Source: Phyllosticta citribraziliensis
Taxonomy: Eukaryota
Reading direction: 5' to 3'
Assembly (NCBI RefSeq): GCF_038025025.1
Contig: NW_027117340.1
Coordinates: forward strand, 1,612,001-1,676,000
Length of the DNA: 64,000 bases
Shown: positions 48,701 through 60,277 of the stretch, in pieces
Layout: the number at the start of each line of letters is the position of its first letter
Position numbering within the stretch: the first letter of the stretch is position 1
Position numbers and translations under genes: made by a program
Notes under the pieces: model-generated
Databases searched by the model: none
Seen by the model: only the letters and a program-made list of their open reading frames with translations
What the model was told of the DNA's origin: nothing

Positions 48701-48923
48701 TTTCAGCTTTTCTACGAACGAGACCGGCCTAGGAGCTCCTGCCTGGTTCATGACAGAAGGACTGGACGAAGCAGAGGTTGCCGAAGCTGTCAAGACTATC
48801 AACAGTCTCGGGCTGGTCACGCGGTCCAATGCGACGTCCTCAGCGGCAACCGCCACAGCGAGTTCCGTTCGGGGAACCGTGAACGAACCCATCATCATCG
48901 ATTTGTCTGATGACGACGATTAA
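45726..48923 (+). CDS. MIZ/SP-RING zinc-finger protein with a Gln-rich central region
   Basis: 1065-aa ORF with an SP-RING signature, LVDP...PVRSIACHHRDCFD...WRCPIC...VDGFL...DGSW, and a C-terminal SIM-like IIIDLSDDDD. Confidence 0.92.
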   Translation: MNRNPYVAQPNATATAWLGGRNYDWLSNTSPPTTTSVAVRVPKRRRTNPQPASPTSSHLARRPSDSVANNQPRSPDPVHPERPPSAKRANTAPDPPRAAADSPQESRQQDELHTAQDLHQVKQESSATCPASTVALADATGRLPTPRNSTAPLAAEGPSPPPSRPPEDTTPKVPTPTSSLPSPQAPAGFSPKHACFDRQACLENAHRTFNSTTLTTATQMRCCSLQQAMKNNDHEYMLLHQFMSMAEAGQMPNNAPMIKESMSHLASITTVAFGEPAVQSSLKDWFCDLPLPLKTLHERDRAHYAYHYTTLQRHCLKLAHGWKTFKDSRFPFTVPDFQSVLGLHSPQWQRLANMAKVRLLIQSLGIRIEVAKEHQFESRLMALFQAHQARVHESNGDAAELTKFRHEAAEVIEKMKSIPGPNQPPRINLDFHQPEQIPRQVDTEQVVRQQQEHVVRQQQFAAHQHRQQSEQIARHRQWLQEQTGQSQVTASQQHSERLRHPITHSSANAQNTMGHNMVADAHNLYFNQNHAMGQPMSTPQDPRHQPHQFYQSPVQSPIQYNPTIQRHQPTPSQPVYHHHPSPVQTSRVHSPAQFNRTIPQQGMQEQMGQYMTQDFNFQRRASGNGIPHGMVPQAQQQAQQQAQQQVLQQASQQAPQQFPQQLPSSRREKLFQSVVDFAIPPQRLGGALGYDYEFEISPEDVANIPRKVGNVDEQTVVYRLRCIQVPSSGDLQKEWMSIPTTWPTCTLLTINGSHLRPQRKQDKWGAVLLCPFIKSSTNKFSIETIRGPEEPASSTFAVAVEKIKFQTRQTISSLVTSPERVVSAGSVLSSIRSAIDPKATDDKDSGDELAVTMSRITINLVDPQSASRICEVPVRSIACHHRDCFDLATFLASRPGIVTGVDEWRCPICRADARPANLIVDGFLTDVRRQLELRGELDTAKAIIVEADGSWSVREETRGQSEKRARSATAGNATPNESSAPAATSASASGGLFSFSTNETGLGAPAWFMTEGLDEAEVAEAVKTINSLGLVTRSNATSSAATATASSVRGTVNEPIIIDLSDDDD

Positions 48924-50090
48924 ATGTACCACTGTCTCCCTTGTTGAATACCGAACAGTTCGCGATTCATTCGAACCGGAGTATTCAAGCGGGTTTCGTT
49001 CAAGTTAACATGTTCCGTTTTTCCCACGGAAATTGTCATTGCTTTTCTTTGCTGCTTTTACTGTATGGTGTTGCACGGGGTATGGTGCTTTGGCTAGGCG
49101 GGGGATCAAAAGACATGATGGTCATGACGGTAATGCAATTGACGAAGGCGCGGATTGACGGATTAGGCCTGTGTATGGGGCCTCTTTGCTTCTTTTGTAT
49201 CTCTCAAGCGTGTTTTATCTAGTTACTACTGCAACTGCTGCTTGGGTATGGATGGGAATCAATTTTATGTGTGTCGATTCTTGCTGATGTACTATCGGCA
49301 GAGTGTGTGTAGATGCCTGACTGTTTGGATTACCAGCGGCTTCTGTATCTTGTTTTGTGGGCGATCTCGAAGATACCTCGACGAGCCTTCTTTAAAATGC
49401 ATGCATCCCTTCTCCTGTGTTGCAAGGTGATATGATTCTTGTGAAGCTAGAGGCGCCGGGAAGATATGGGTGTGCGACTGGCAGAACGGCGCCGTTGCGG
49501 ACATCCAGCGTTGCGAGAAATGATTCTCTCTGGGTCTGGCTGCGGCAGTGAATGTCTTCATCTACCAGTCGACGGAACTCATGCTGCATGATGGATGCAG
49601 CCGCAATGCCAGGAGGCATCGTTGGCCATTGCTGACGACCACTGAGGAGCAGATCACGGGACTCACAAGCCAGAGGCAGACCAATTATTTTCGAAAACAC
49701 ATTGATTTCAAGCTACCAGCGTGCTACTTGCAAACAAACAAACGCCGTCATCAATGAGCCCAGTGAAAGTTCTGGGAGAGAAAAGGAACTGAAAACAGGA
49801 TGAGAGAACTGCAAGTAGATAGAGATGAATGAAACATGTTTGAGATGGAGACGTGCACAAGCGGATTGTATGAACACGAAAACTCTGAAGGGTGGGTGGA
49901 TTATCCGAAGACGATGGAAAGAGATACATGAAGTAGTGGACGACAGCTGTCATGCTTCATCTGCAGCCGTGAGCTAAAAATCCCTCGCCGCAGCCACCGT
50001 AGTGTCAGGGGATATCTGACGCTCAGGGCGCTCTCCATGCCGATGTCGTGCACTTCCGGTGGTCGGCCGCCCATTCACCACTGTCTCCAT

Positions 50091-53084
50091 CTAGGCCAGG
50101 TCAGTTACGGACGCTACGGACTCATCTGAATCCAGGTCTCCGTAATTTTTAGGTGCAAAAACCGTTCTCTGATAAATCGTGTACTGATCTCCGACCAGCA
50201 TCTGCGCTCCGAGTGGCTGGAAGTCCCACTCCAAAGCCACCATGCGTGGTCCACGTCGAAGCAATCGACCGTTCGAGTCAGCCACTCCACCGCTTGTCTG
50301 GCCTGGTACGAAATCTGGGTGACCTTGGAATTCCGACTCGTCCTCTGATCTTTCTTCCGGCGTGGGGGGTGGCTCCGGGTCCGGATCTTCCACGTCGAAG
50401 CCATCCACATCTTTGCTTGAGAAGAAGGGTTCTCCAGCTTTCTTGCGTGACCGTCTGAATTGTTCAATAAACAGATTGAGCCTCTTGATTTTTTCCTCTT
50501 CATCCCAGTCGTCCCATCCTTTCCTACCTCTTCGCAGCCTTTCTTTGGCCTGATTCAGGTAGTCGTTCAGAACAAGCAAGTACCCCCTCTTTTCACGGAT
50601 GGACTGCAAGTTCTCACTGTGCTCCCTATCCCGCTTTTCCTGCCTAAGTCTGTGCATTTGTTGTTGCTTGTATTGCAATTGCAGAACGGCCTCCCTAGTC
50701 GGCTCCTGATGCCTATCCCTCCAAATCTTGGGCAATCGTGTAGCGTCCACGTCAACATATTGTTCTCGGATGTTCTCGTACAATTCTACATCCCTTGGGT
50801 CAGCAATGACCTCGTCTTGTCGTTCCTCGGCTTCCTCGTCCGTCTCTTCCTCGTCGGGGGACCGATAATCCATGGTCGGACCGTTCATGTCGTCATCATC
50901 CTCGCTGCCACTCGTCGCAGCAGTAGGGACGTTCGGGTCAGGCTCAGGCCAGATGCGGTCGATCTCTGCCATCATTCTGTTCGTTTCATCCCATAGTTCC
51001 TTCGGCGTGGGCCTTTGGTCGTGCAACGGGTGCATACACTTGAAAACTAAATCGACTAGTTCGTGGCTGTAATGTGGAAACAGAGAGAATTTTGGAGGAT
51101 ATGGTTGTACATCGATGCCGTCATTGTCCTTTCCTGGGCGTCGCAATTCAGCGGTTGGAAAACGCTCCTGATGCCGTTCTTGGTAATCTTGTTGAGGATC
51201 CTTGACCCAGCCCTTGTCTTTAGTTGATGGGTTTTCCATTGAATGGTCCCACCAGAGTTGTTCTAGGTTGTGGAAAAGGGACATGTTCCTCATCCCTTTC
51301 CACAGAACGCTACCTATCTGGAAAATCGTCGTGTGAATGCGAATAGGTTGGCCCTCTGGCAGAGTTTCAGCAAAAGTTGTTGCACCCACAGCGATATTCG
51401 CCTCTCGACGCTTTTCATTGGCCCGTCTTTGCTCGTCAATTTCGAGGAGCTCCTATAATTCTTTTCAGCCACTTGTCCGAAACTGACAACCGAGGTTGGA
51501 AACTTACGAAAGACCGATATCCATGTGTGCCCGCTCCGCTAACATGATGGTTTGGGGCATCGACAGTGTCAGTGTCGTCTTTGTACGCATATTTTCCTTT
51601 CAGAACCCCAGACGGCCCAGGCGGGCATTTGAAGCAAGCCGGCCGTTTGCTTTGGTCGTTCGGATACCTCGCTGCGCCACCGAAGTCGGCCATAACGGGC
51701 ACGGGATAGTTTCTTTGCCACCAGTAGACTGGATTCTCCGCGGGATTCTTGAGAAAGATGTTTCCTGGCTTCAGGTCAACATGGAAAATGGATTTCCATC
51801 CTCGTGTACCACTTGGATCCGACGGATCGCGGCTGGAGCTTTCCGAAGTTGGGGCTTCTCCGTTCTCGAGGACATAGCTTGCTTCTGCGAGACAATGTAA
51901 CAGGTACCAGCAAAACGGTTCAGGCAAGATCCAACTGCATATGTTAGTGAATCCATCAAGTGTTGCTAAAAATATATCTTACCCAGAGCCTGCGTACATC
52001 GAGAAAAGACTACTCAAGTCACCATAGGGCGCATACTCGGTGTACGTGATGCCCTTGGTCCCTTGGGCAGCTCTCGTGCTCGGAGTCAAGTAGTTCAAAA
52101 TGTAATTGCTTCTGTCTTTGAGTTTTGCCCCAATCGCTCGTTCGATGTCGGCCGTATATTGAAAAAAGTGATCTCTTTTGGCCACTATGCGCTGTTGAAA
52201 ATTAGAGGAATGCTCAAAGATATCTCGGAGAGTGAACTCACTCGTTTTATCACGTTGTTCTGATCAATGCAGTCGTAGCGCACGGCAGTTCCGAAGGTGC
52301 CTCCACCAAGATGGCCAGCAAAATACCATTTCCACTCAGAGGGGATTTCTCCAAAAACTGACTTCACTAATTGAACATCTTTCCGGTAAAGTTGAGGGCT
52401 GATGTGCTCTGGATCCAGGTCACGGTATCCGAAGAAGTATGGTCTCCACCGCTTGATGCTGTACCTGTATCCTTTTGCGTGATTGATTTTTTTTGCTTCC
52501 TTCACGAAGCTCGTCTTGTCTTTGAGGTCGCGCCATTGTCCGAAGCGATAGCTCATCTTAATGGTGTCTTCGGCATGTTAGTGATGGGAAAAGAACATGT
52601 GCTTCTTGAAAGTGTGCTCACCCTCGCTGTGCTGAGGAAAGTTTTGCCAACTATAATGCACCTCGTCATCGTTGCAAAACACATCGAAAGGCTGAACTTT
52701 TACTTTGGGACCCTCCCAGTGCGGAGGCCACCATTGATGGGCAGTAGAGTGCCAGGTTCGGCGACTCGCTTTTATCCGTCTCCATTTCTGATTGACAGCC
52801 CCGCCATTGTCAGCTACAAGACAGTTAGCAAAAGTCTCTAGTTCGAGTACTTGACTTGGCCAAGTTTTACTTCTTAGCTTCCTATGGTCCCTGGGATTGA
52901 GGTCGTGATCAGGATCTCTGTCTTTCCTCTTTCTACTTGCGTTTTTAAATACAGCAAAGTGGAAAAGATCACGTCCATCAACTGGTTGGAGTTCGCAAGC
53001 CTCACTCTCAAGAGATGGTGGGATGGCGGCGACTCCTTCCTCATCCAAAGCCGCTTGGACGTCTTCGTTGACTGGATGACTCAT
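50091..53084 (-). CDS. divergent Ser/Thr protein kinase-domain protein; introns 52568-52621, 52192-52241, 51935-51982, 51453-51507
   Basis: Four short introns join the ORF fragments in frame, giving GGGTFG, IVAKR, TEYAPYGDL, LPEPFCW, HVDLKPGN, DFG, GTHGY and CM...RPT. The start codon is uncertain. Confidence 0.85.
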
Positions 53085-53758
53085 GTTGGGGTTGAAAACC
53101 TGCTCCAGCCCGTCGACTGGAATAGAAAAAGGCAAGGAATCGTAGACCAGAGAATGGCACTTGTTGGAGAGAGAGAATCGGTCTCAGTAAATTAGGGATC
53201 ATGGCGGCTCATCCGTAAAAGAAAGGAATTCTGGTTTCGGCATCGCCGGTTGCAGCAATCAACGCTCTTTGTGGGAAAAAGGATTGCCCCAACAAGACGA
53301 GCAAAGAAACGTCCACTTGCTTCCCCAGCTTCTTTGTCATGGCGACGTCAACGGGATTTCTCGATGCGCGAGGCCACGGTTTGGGTGTTGAAAATGAACC
53401 CAACGGGAAATTGGATTGCACTGACGACCGCACGCGGTCGGTGGAGTCGGACGTCTGTTGACAAAGAGGAGCGGTCGAGGTTGAACGATGAAGGGAAAAA
53501 GAAAAACAATGGGGGGAGGTGCAAGTGTGGAGAGTTTCTTACTAGTCGGAGGCACAGGAAGGGAGCCCCACAAGCGGAATCACCCCCTGGCTGGGGAGGT
53601 CCTCAGCATTCAAGCGTCGTCCCACTCACACCCACCCACTTCTATCCGGATACCCACCCCGAAAGTATCCCTTCCCCTTCCCCTGGCACCGCGGCCATGC
53701 CACTTTTTCCAATTCCTGCTCCTTCTTTCGGTCTCTTGCGTCTGCTCCATCGCCCACC

Positions 53759-54776
53759 ATGACCACGACGACGACGCCGCGCATCCTCATCTTCGGCACC
53801 GGCAGCATCGGCAGCATCTACGCCTGGCTCCTGGCGCGCGCCGGCTGCGACGTGACGTGCATCTGCCGCTCCAATTACTCGCACGTCCGCGACAACGGCA
53901 TCACCATCCACTCCCAAGTCTTTGGCCCAGACTTGCACTGCCGCCCGCGCGTGTCCCAGCGTCGAAGAGGCTGTACAGGATGACAACGAAAACGACCGCC
54001 AGCCCTACGATTTCGTCCTCGTCGCCGCAAAGGCCATTCCGGGCGCGACTCCGCCGTTGATCGCATCGGCCGTTGGGCCGTCGACGGCTCTCGTCCTCCT
54101 CCAAAACGGCATCGCCATCGAAGACGAATATGCGGCCGCCTTTCCGTCCAACCCACTCCTCTCGGGCGTCGTCTACCTCCCTGCAACGCAGATATCGCCG
54201 GGCGTGATCAACATGGGAAACACAGAGCGGCTGGAAGTGGGCGCGTACCCGGCGGCGCCCGTGACCGAGGGCCGCAGCGGCGCAGCGCTTCGCGAGCTGA
54301 TGGAGCTGGTCCAGCGCGGCAGCGGCACCATTGTGCTCTTCGACGACGTCCAGCCCCGCCGCTGGGCCAAGCTGCTGGTCAACGCGGCCTGGAACCCGAC
54401 GTGCGCGCTGGCGCGGCTTCGCGACGTCGAGTTCCTGGCCAGTGGCGGTGACGAGGCGCGTGACTTTGTTTGGGGGACCATGGTCGAGGTGGTGGGCGTG
54501 GCTCGCGCCTGCGGCTACGACGAGATCAACGAGGACGAGGCAAAGCGACAACTCGAGCGGGCGACGGCGCGGGTTGGGACAAAGGGCGTGGAGCCGAGCA
54601 TGCTGGCCGACGTGTGGGCTGGTAGGGCGTTGGAGGTCGAGGCCATCATGGGCAACTGCTTGCGCGTGGCCAGGGAAAAGGGTGTCAAGACGCCCAACTT
54701 GGTTGCATTATACGTGCTGGCAAAGGGGTTGGACGACAGCTTGAGGCACGCAAGACAACAGAACAGCGCAAAGTAG
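53759..54776 (+). pseudogene. 2-dehydropantoate 2-reductase (ApbA/PanE family) with a frameshift near 53954 (pseudogene or sequence error)
   Basis: The N-terminal GTGSIG and RSNY lie in one frame. YDFVLVAAKA, LLQNGI, WAKLLVNAAWNP and PSMLAD...EVEAI lie in another. There is no intron signal at the junction. Confidence 0.8.
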
Positions 54777-55187
54777 TTGGGCGAGTTGGCATGGAAAAGG
54801 TCCGACCTCTCTTTTGACTCCGAGTTATGAGACTTGAATCCGAGCTACGACCTCCAATCAAATTAGACCATCGTCAGAACCTCTTTCATATCACCTAAGA
54901 ACTCTCCTCGCTCGGACTGAAGCCTGTCACAAGACATGATGGTGACCTGAGCCGGAAACTGTGCCAGCCGTCCCATTTCCATCCCCCATTGACTGCTTGA
55001 ACAAGGCTCAATCCCGATCATATCGCCAAAAACCAAAACTACAAAGTAAATTCAAAAATCCAACATGCCACTACTTGTATCGTATGTCATGCAAATATCA
55101 GGCTACTCGTCCCATGAACTGCCCAAGTTTCGTAATAGAGATTCTCGTACCCTCTCCTCGAAGCGCATTCTCATCTTTGCCCTCATC

Positions 55188-56769
55188 CTATGACCCACCG
55201 TCCTCTCCATCTTCTCCATCTTCTCCATCTTCTTCATCACTCTCCGTAATACGACCATTTGCTTTGCCCCAAACCATCCACCACTCATCCCAGGTGCCCT
55301 TCCTCGGAGGAAAAGGCTTTTCCGACCCCCACCTCAACGCAACAACCTTATCCTGAATTGGACAAACCCTGACCCCCCTTTTCTTGAACTTCTTGTCCCA
55401 ACCACCCTTCTTGAACGCGAGAAAGCCCGGGAAGCAACAGACGCGGACGAGTGCAAGATCATAAATTGCTGCACGCCACTGCTCGCGCTTCGACTTGGGC
55501 ATTCCGTCCCAAGTGTCATTGTGGTAGCGGTTGTTGCGGCGCATCTCGTCGTCGTTGAGCACCCACATGTTGGATGGGTCGTAGTATTCGTCCTTGTGGG
55601 CCGGCGTCATGAAGTACACCGTGTTGCGGTCCAGTCGCATCTGCAGCGAGAGTCGCCCAGCGCGCGTGATCAACTCGAAGAGCACGCGTAAGACTGCCTG
55701 CTGGTTGCTCTGCTGTCTTTGCGGCGTCATCGGGTGTAGTGCGAGGATGGGCGCTAGAAGTGTGTATATCTGCCACGCCAGCTCTTTTGACTTTGCGATG
55801 AAGCCCGTGGAAAACGGCCGCGGCTGGCCATTTTCCTGGAAGAGGAGTTCGCGGACCCTTCTCTCTCGCTTTTTTGTGCGATAGAACCCTGATGTCACGT
55901 CAGTTGGCCATGTTTTCGAGGTGATGCGCTCGAAGCTTACCATCTTCTTCCCGGTATTTCAAGTCGACTTTTCTGTGGAGCGTCTCGAGTTCCGCATCGC
56001 TGGCGCCGTAGCAGAGACTCGAGAAGACGTGCTCCTGCATGATGAACCCCACCACCGCGTACACGACTGCCTTGCGCGTCTCCTTGTTTCTGAAAACATC
56101 GTACCAGTCATCTCGTCCTTTGGGACCTCCCATGGTAACGTAGCTGATGATCCGTGTCGCAGTCTGGTCCATTCGGCAGAGGGTCTGCAAGGCCTGGTCT
56201 TTGGTTGTCGTCGCCGGCATATCGAACTCAAAGAAAGGCTTGCAGAGCTTGTCCATAATGTCGCCGTCGTGGAAGGTCCAGTGGCTCTTTTTCCTGCCAG
56301 ATTTGTTGTTTTTAATCTCGCGCCATCCAGTCAGTTTCTGGAGCTCGGTCTTGAAATGTTTGTACGTCTTGACATAGTCTGGCTCTTGCCAACGTGGTTC
56401 GTCGTCTAGTTCCATGGAAGAATCGATATCACTTTCTTGGGGCGGTTGCCCCTCCTCGTCCGGCACATCCACCGGAGGCAGAGGCAGAGGCGGAGGCGGA
56501 GGCAGAGGAGCATCAGTCCTAGGTTGACGCAGCCTCGGCCTTGTAGGTGGCGGAGTGGGAATCGATCTAGACCGGCCTCTGTCTATCGGCGTTCGAAGAT
56601 GGTGCGATGGACTGTCTGATGCAAGCTCATCCTCATCCCCGTCCACATCCCCGTCTTGATCGTCATCACCATCATTCCTGTGCAAAGCATCACTCTGCCG
56701 CAATCGCAACCGTGCGCTCCGCCTGACTCCTCCAAGGCCCGCGGCCTGGGCGTTCCGTTTTGGAGGCAT
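55188..56769 (-). CDS. conserved fungal hypothetical protein; intron 55889-55940
   Basis: ATG 56769; a GTAAGC...CTGAC...CAG intron joins two long ORFs in frame (EEDG/FYRT). Basic N-terminus and acidic C-terminus. Confidence 0.8.
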
Positions 56770-57246
56770 CCTGAAAGTCCTGGACGAAGCGAAAGAACAG
56801 AAATATGCTAATGCGAGCAGCTACGACGAAATCGAGGTCGGGAGATCGCGAAACAGGCGCATCGCGGCGACAAGAGAACATTGGACTCTTTTTTACAACG
56901 CCTTTCGACGATATGAAAGCATGCTCCCGGCGCAAAGACGTTCTTGCAAAGCCTTTGTTTCGCATCTGCAGGTGTGCGAGCTTTGTTTGCGATTCCGCAA
57001 GCGGACCGCCATGCACACAATCAAAGCACAACACATTGCTGGCCTTTGATTGTCAGTCGGTTTCGCAGGTCTCTGACTTGGAGCGGCGATTCTCGTTGTG
57101 GAAGAGCGCATTCTGAGGCTTGGCCAAGAAATCACTCCATCAAAAGAACTGATGATAGAAGTGATCCTCCCGGTCGCTAGACCTCGATCCATGCCGGATA
57201 CTGGCTGCGAAGATACAGTGTCACACGAGTGGTCGACGTGGAAATT

Positions 57247-58293
57247 TCACGTTTCATTTTGGGGTTTAGTTCTGGGTGTCTGGCTCGCTTTCTTTGGGTT
57301 CACTTTGTTGGACCACTCGGATAAGAGCTTCTTCCCATCCGGTCCAGCATCCCACAGCTGCATCAGCGTTGGCTTCATCTCGGCGTGCCGCCTGATTTTC
57401 TCAAAGACACGAGATGGTGGCTGCGGGTGCGTCGATACATCTGCGATGTTGGGCGAAACACCTTGGCTTGTCAGGTCGAGAAACGAAAGCGACCTGACCT
57501 TTGGGGTAAAGGTGCTCCAAAAGACTTGACTCGAAATGGCGTCGCGATGATTTCTGTCCGATACATCGATAGTAATGTCAAATTCCCGAGTAGGCAACGG
57601 CTGTGGAGGATTGTTTTCTGGGCCGTCATCTTGGGCAGATCCATCTTCCCCAGCATCGAGATCCTGATTGCGATGTCCGGGTTTAGCTGCAGCTCCCACC
57701 AAAGCGTCGAAGGACAGATCTCCCTGTGCTTCCCGTTGTACGTCAATGGCATCCAGCGCTTCAAACAGAATTTTGCTAGCGCGTGTCATTTCTTCGTGAC
57801 CCTTCTTCCTTCGGCTAGTGTCTAGTTCGAACTCGGGACTCTCCAGGTCTTTTTCCAAGTGAGAGTCTTCGGTTGTATGTTGTCCATCCGAGGTCGGACT
57901 GCCCGCTCCCTCACTTGGGGCGGGCGTCCGAGCTTTGGATCTGCCCTTTTGCTGAAGCGGATGGTTCTCGGCCGCATCTGGGTCGGGAAGGATTGGGTCT
58001 AGAGTGACGCGCAAAGGTGACGCTTTCAGAAGCTTCGACGCAGCATCTTCATGGCGGAAGATTGCGAGGTAGGTGTGAGGAGCCGAATTGTGATCGTACT
58101 GTGCACCCAGTAAGACGTGTCAGCGTCGCCAATGGCTGGGGTGCGGGAGACCTGCCTTGAGGTGACGAAACATGTTCACTTCGCCAAATTGCTGCAACAC
58201 GCGCAGGAACTCGCGACTCTCGCCAATGGCGAGTGGTCTGGGATGGACCTTGAGGTGAACCGCTCTCACGGCCGCGCCCCAAGTGGATGCCAT
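57247..58293 (-). CDS. conserved fungal hypothetical protein; GC-AG intron 58099-58155
   Basis: ACCATGG start; exon 1 RAVHLKVHPRP...ESREFLRVLQQFGEVNMFRHLK joins YDHNSAP...SPLRVTL and the 255-aa ORF only if a GC donor is used. Confidence 0.75.
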
Positions 58294-58935
58294 GGTGACT
58301 TCTTGTCGGACGTGTCGGATAAGGTAGAGAAAGCGACGGGAGGTGGACGGTTGACAGCTCGAGCTTGACGCGTGGAACGGCGGATGGAAGCTTGGGCTGT
58401 GTCACGTGCGTCCCGTCTGGTCCACCTTGAGCTCGCCTACAGACTTGTAACTAGGTACATCCATGTGCATGACGATCTCGTACGAGCAACTTTAAATAGA
58501 CCGAATGTACGTCAGGCCTCGTTCTAAACTGGAGGCATGGCGAGGAAATGGACGTTGCGCCGGAAGTTGAGTCAGTTTGATTCTCAGCATGACATGGAGC
58601 ACGGAAATGTCTTGGTGTTGCATGTTCAAGTGTGGATATTGTTGTGATTGAACCAAGGCCCAGCACGCCTCTGTGCTGGATTCCAAATACTTTCTATAGA
58701 ACGCTTTTTGCGCGAGAACCAGATTCGTCCAAAAGAAGGCCCGTGACCAGCAGAGCAGAAAGCCAAAGTGTAGCCGTATTAACACCATGTACGAGCGGTG
58801 CAATGCGTATTAAACATGTTTTCCGGTGTAGCGCAGCATCCTGAGCGCGTGGGGTATCAAAAGTAGGCGTGATGTCCGTCCCCCCCAAAATCAAACCAAA
58901 ACACCGTGAAGTCCGTCAATCCCAATGGACGGCTT

Positions 58936-59628
58936 CTATTCTCTCGAAAGGTTCCGGGCCAAGTGCTTTCGGGAAGTCAGAGCCCTCTTGCGAAATCGAA
59001 CATCTTTGGAGACTGCCGAGCCTCGGAAAGTGTCGCCTGAGCGTTTGTACCTGAGCGGCTGGGAGACCAGAGGCGCACTCAGCTTGCGCGGAATGTCGCA
59101 CGGCTCCACATCGTCTCCTGACGATGTCGATGATGCAGAAGAGAAGATGGAATCGTTGCGCGACGTCAGCACGCACTGGTCCCCCTCTTCGACCATCTTT
59201 TTGACCAGGTCCGCAATGTCTCTCATGTGTGTCGACTCGCATTGTAATTGCATGTGGGCTTGCCTGCGGTTGCGAATGTGGGCAGGACTCGGGCAAGAGG
59301 TGGCGTCCGGGAACTCGGCCGTGAGTGGAGAGGAGGCAGTTGAGGAGGCGTTTGAGGAAGCGCGGCGCCACTCTTGTTCGTCCAAGCAAAACGGCGGGGG
59401 CTGAGAACGGATGTTTTGGCGCGCAAATCTCCATGACAGTTCCTCCACTGATGGCGTCGGGTCGCTGCGGGGACTCAGGAAGTCGAAGCCAAAGCCAAAG
59501 CCGGGGGCGGGCGACGAGGTGGGTGACATGGGCGACATGGGCGACATGGGCCAGTACGGGTCGCAGTCGTCGGCGTCGAAGGAGGAGGGATGGCGCGAGG
59601 CGGCGTCGAAGCTGAAGTTTTCAAACAT
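58936..59628 (-). CDS. conserved fungal hypothetical protein, Ser/Pro-rich, 230 aa
   Basis: Intronless ORF in a good AACATG context (MFENFSF), with a conserved-looking block RRQAHMQLQCESTHMRDIADLVKKMVEEGDQC. Confidence 0.8.
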   Translation of the reverse strand: MFENFSFDAASRHPSSFDADDCDPYWPMSPMSPMSPTSSPAPGFGFGFDFLSPRSDPTPSVEELSWRFARQNIRSQPPPFCLDEQEWRRASSNASSTASSPLTAEFPDATSCPSPAHIRNRRQAHMQLQCESTHMRDIADLVKKMVEEGDQCVLTSRNDSIFSSASSTSSGDDVEPCDIPRKLSAPLVSQPLRYKRSGDTFRGSAVSKDVRFRKRALTSRKHLARNLSRE

Positions 59629-60277
59629 GGCTGAGACGTGTAGAATCGTAAAGTTTGTAATGTAGCTATCCGATGGGAGGAGTGACGGGAGGCAGGAGGC
59701 AGGAGGAGGAGGAGGAGCAGCAAGATGGACCGTTGGGCCGCGCGTGGTACTTGTATATGTCGAGGAAAGGCGCAGATCTAGGAGCAGGAGCAGCTAGGGC
59801 GATCAAAGGGGAGCGAGCGAAGCGCGGCTTGGGCTTTGCGCCGCAGCGCCATGGCGTCCAAGGGGAACCAGGAAAGATGGCCTGTCGGGGAGAGGTCGAG
59901 AGGAGGAGCGCATCGGCCGGACAGGCACCATAGCGCAACGCGCAGGAGAGAGGCCAGCCAGGCCGGTGGACGGTTCAGGAGACGCCAGGGCCCAAGCCGC
60001 GCCGTGTGCAACTTGGGCCGTATATCGAATGGCGCCTGGGTGGCGACGAGCGTTAGTGGGCGAAGGGTGATGATCGTGGCGGCGCCGGCGTGGAGGTTGA
60101 GGTCCTCCAGCCCGTCTCAACACCACCACCACCACAACCCGTCACGTCACAGTCACAGGCACAGCCTCTGACCCTGACCCTTCGCTGCCTACGCCTACGC
60201 CTGCGCCTACGTCTACGCCTACTCACGACCAGACATGGACTCGTAACCGCTCGACCGCTAGACGGCCCATTCCCCCA

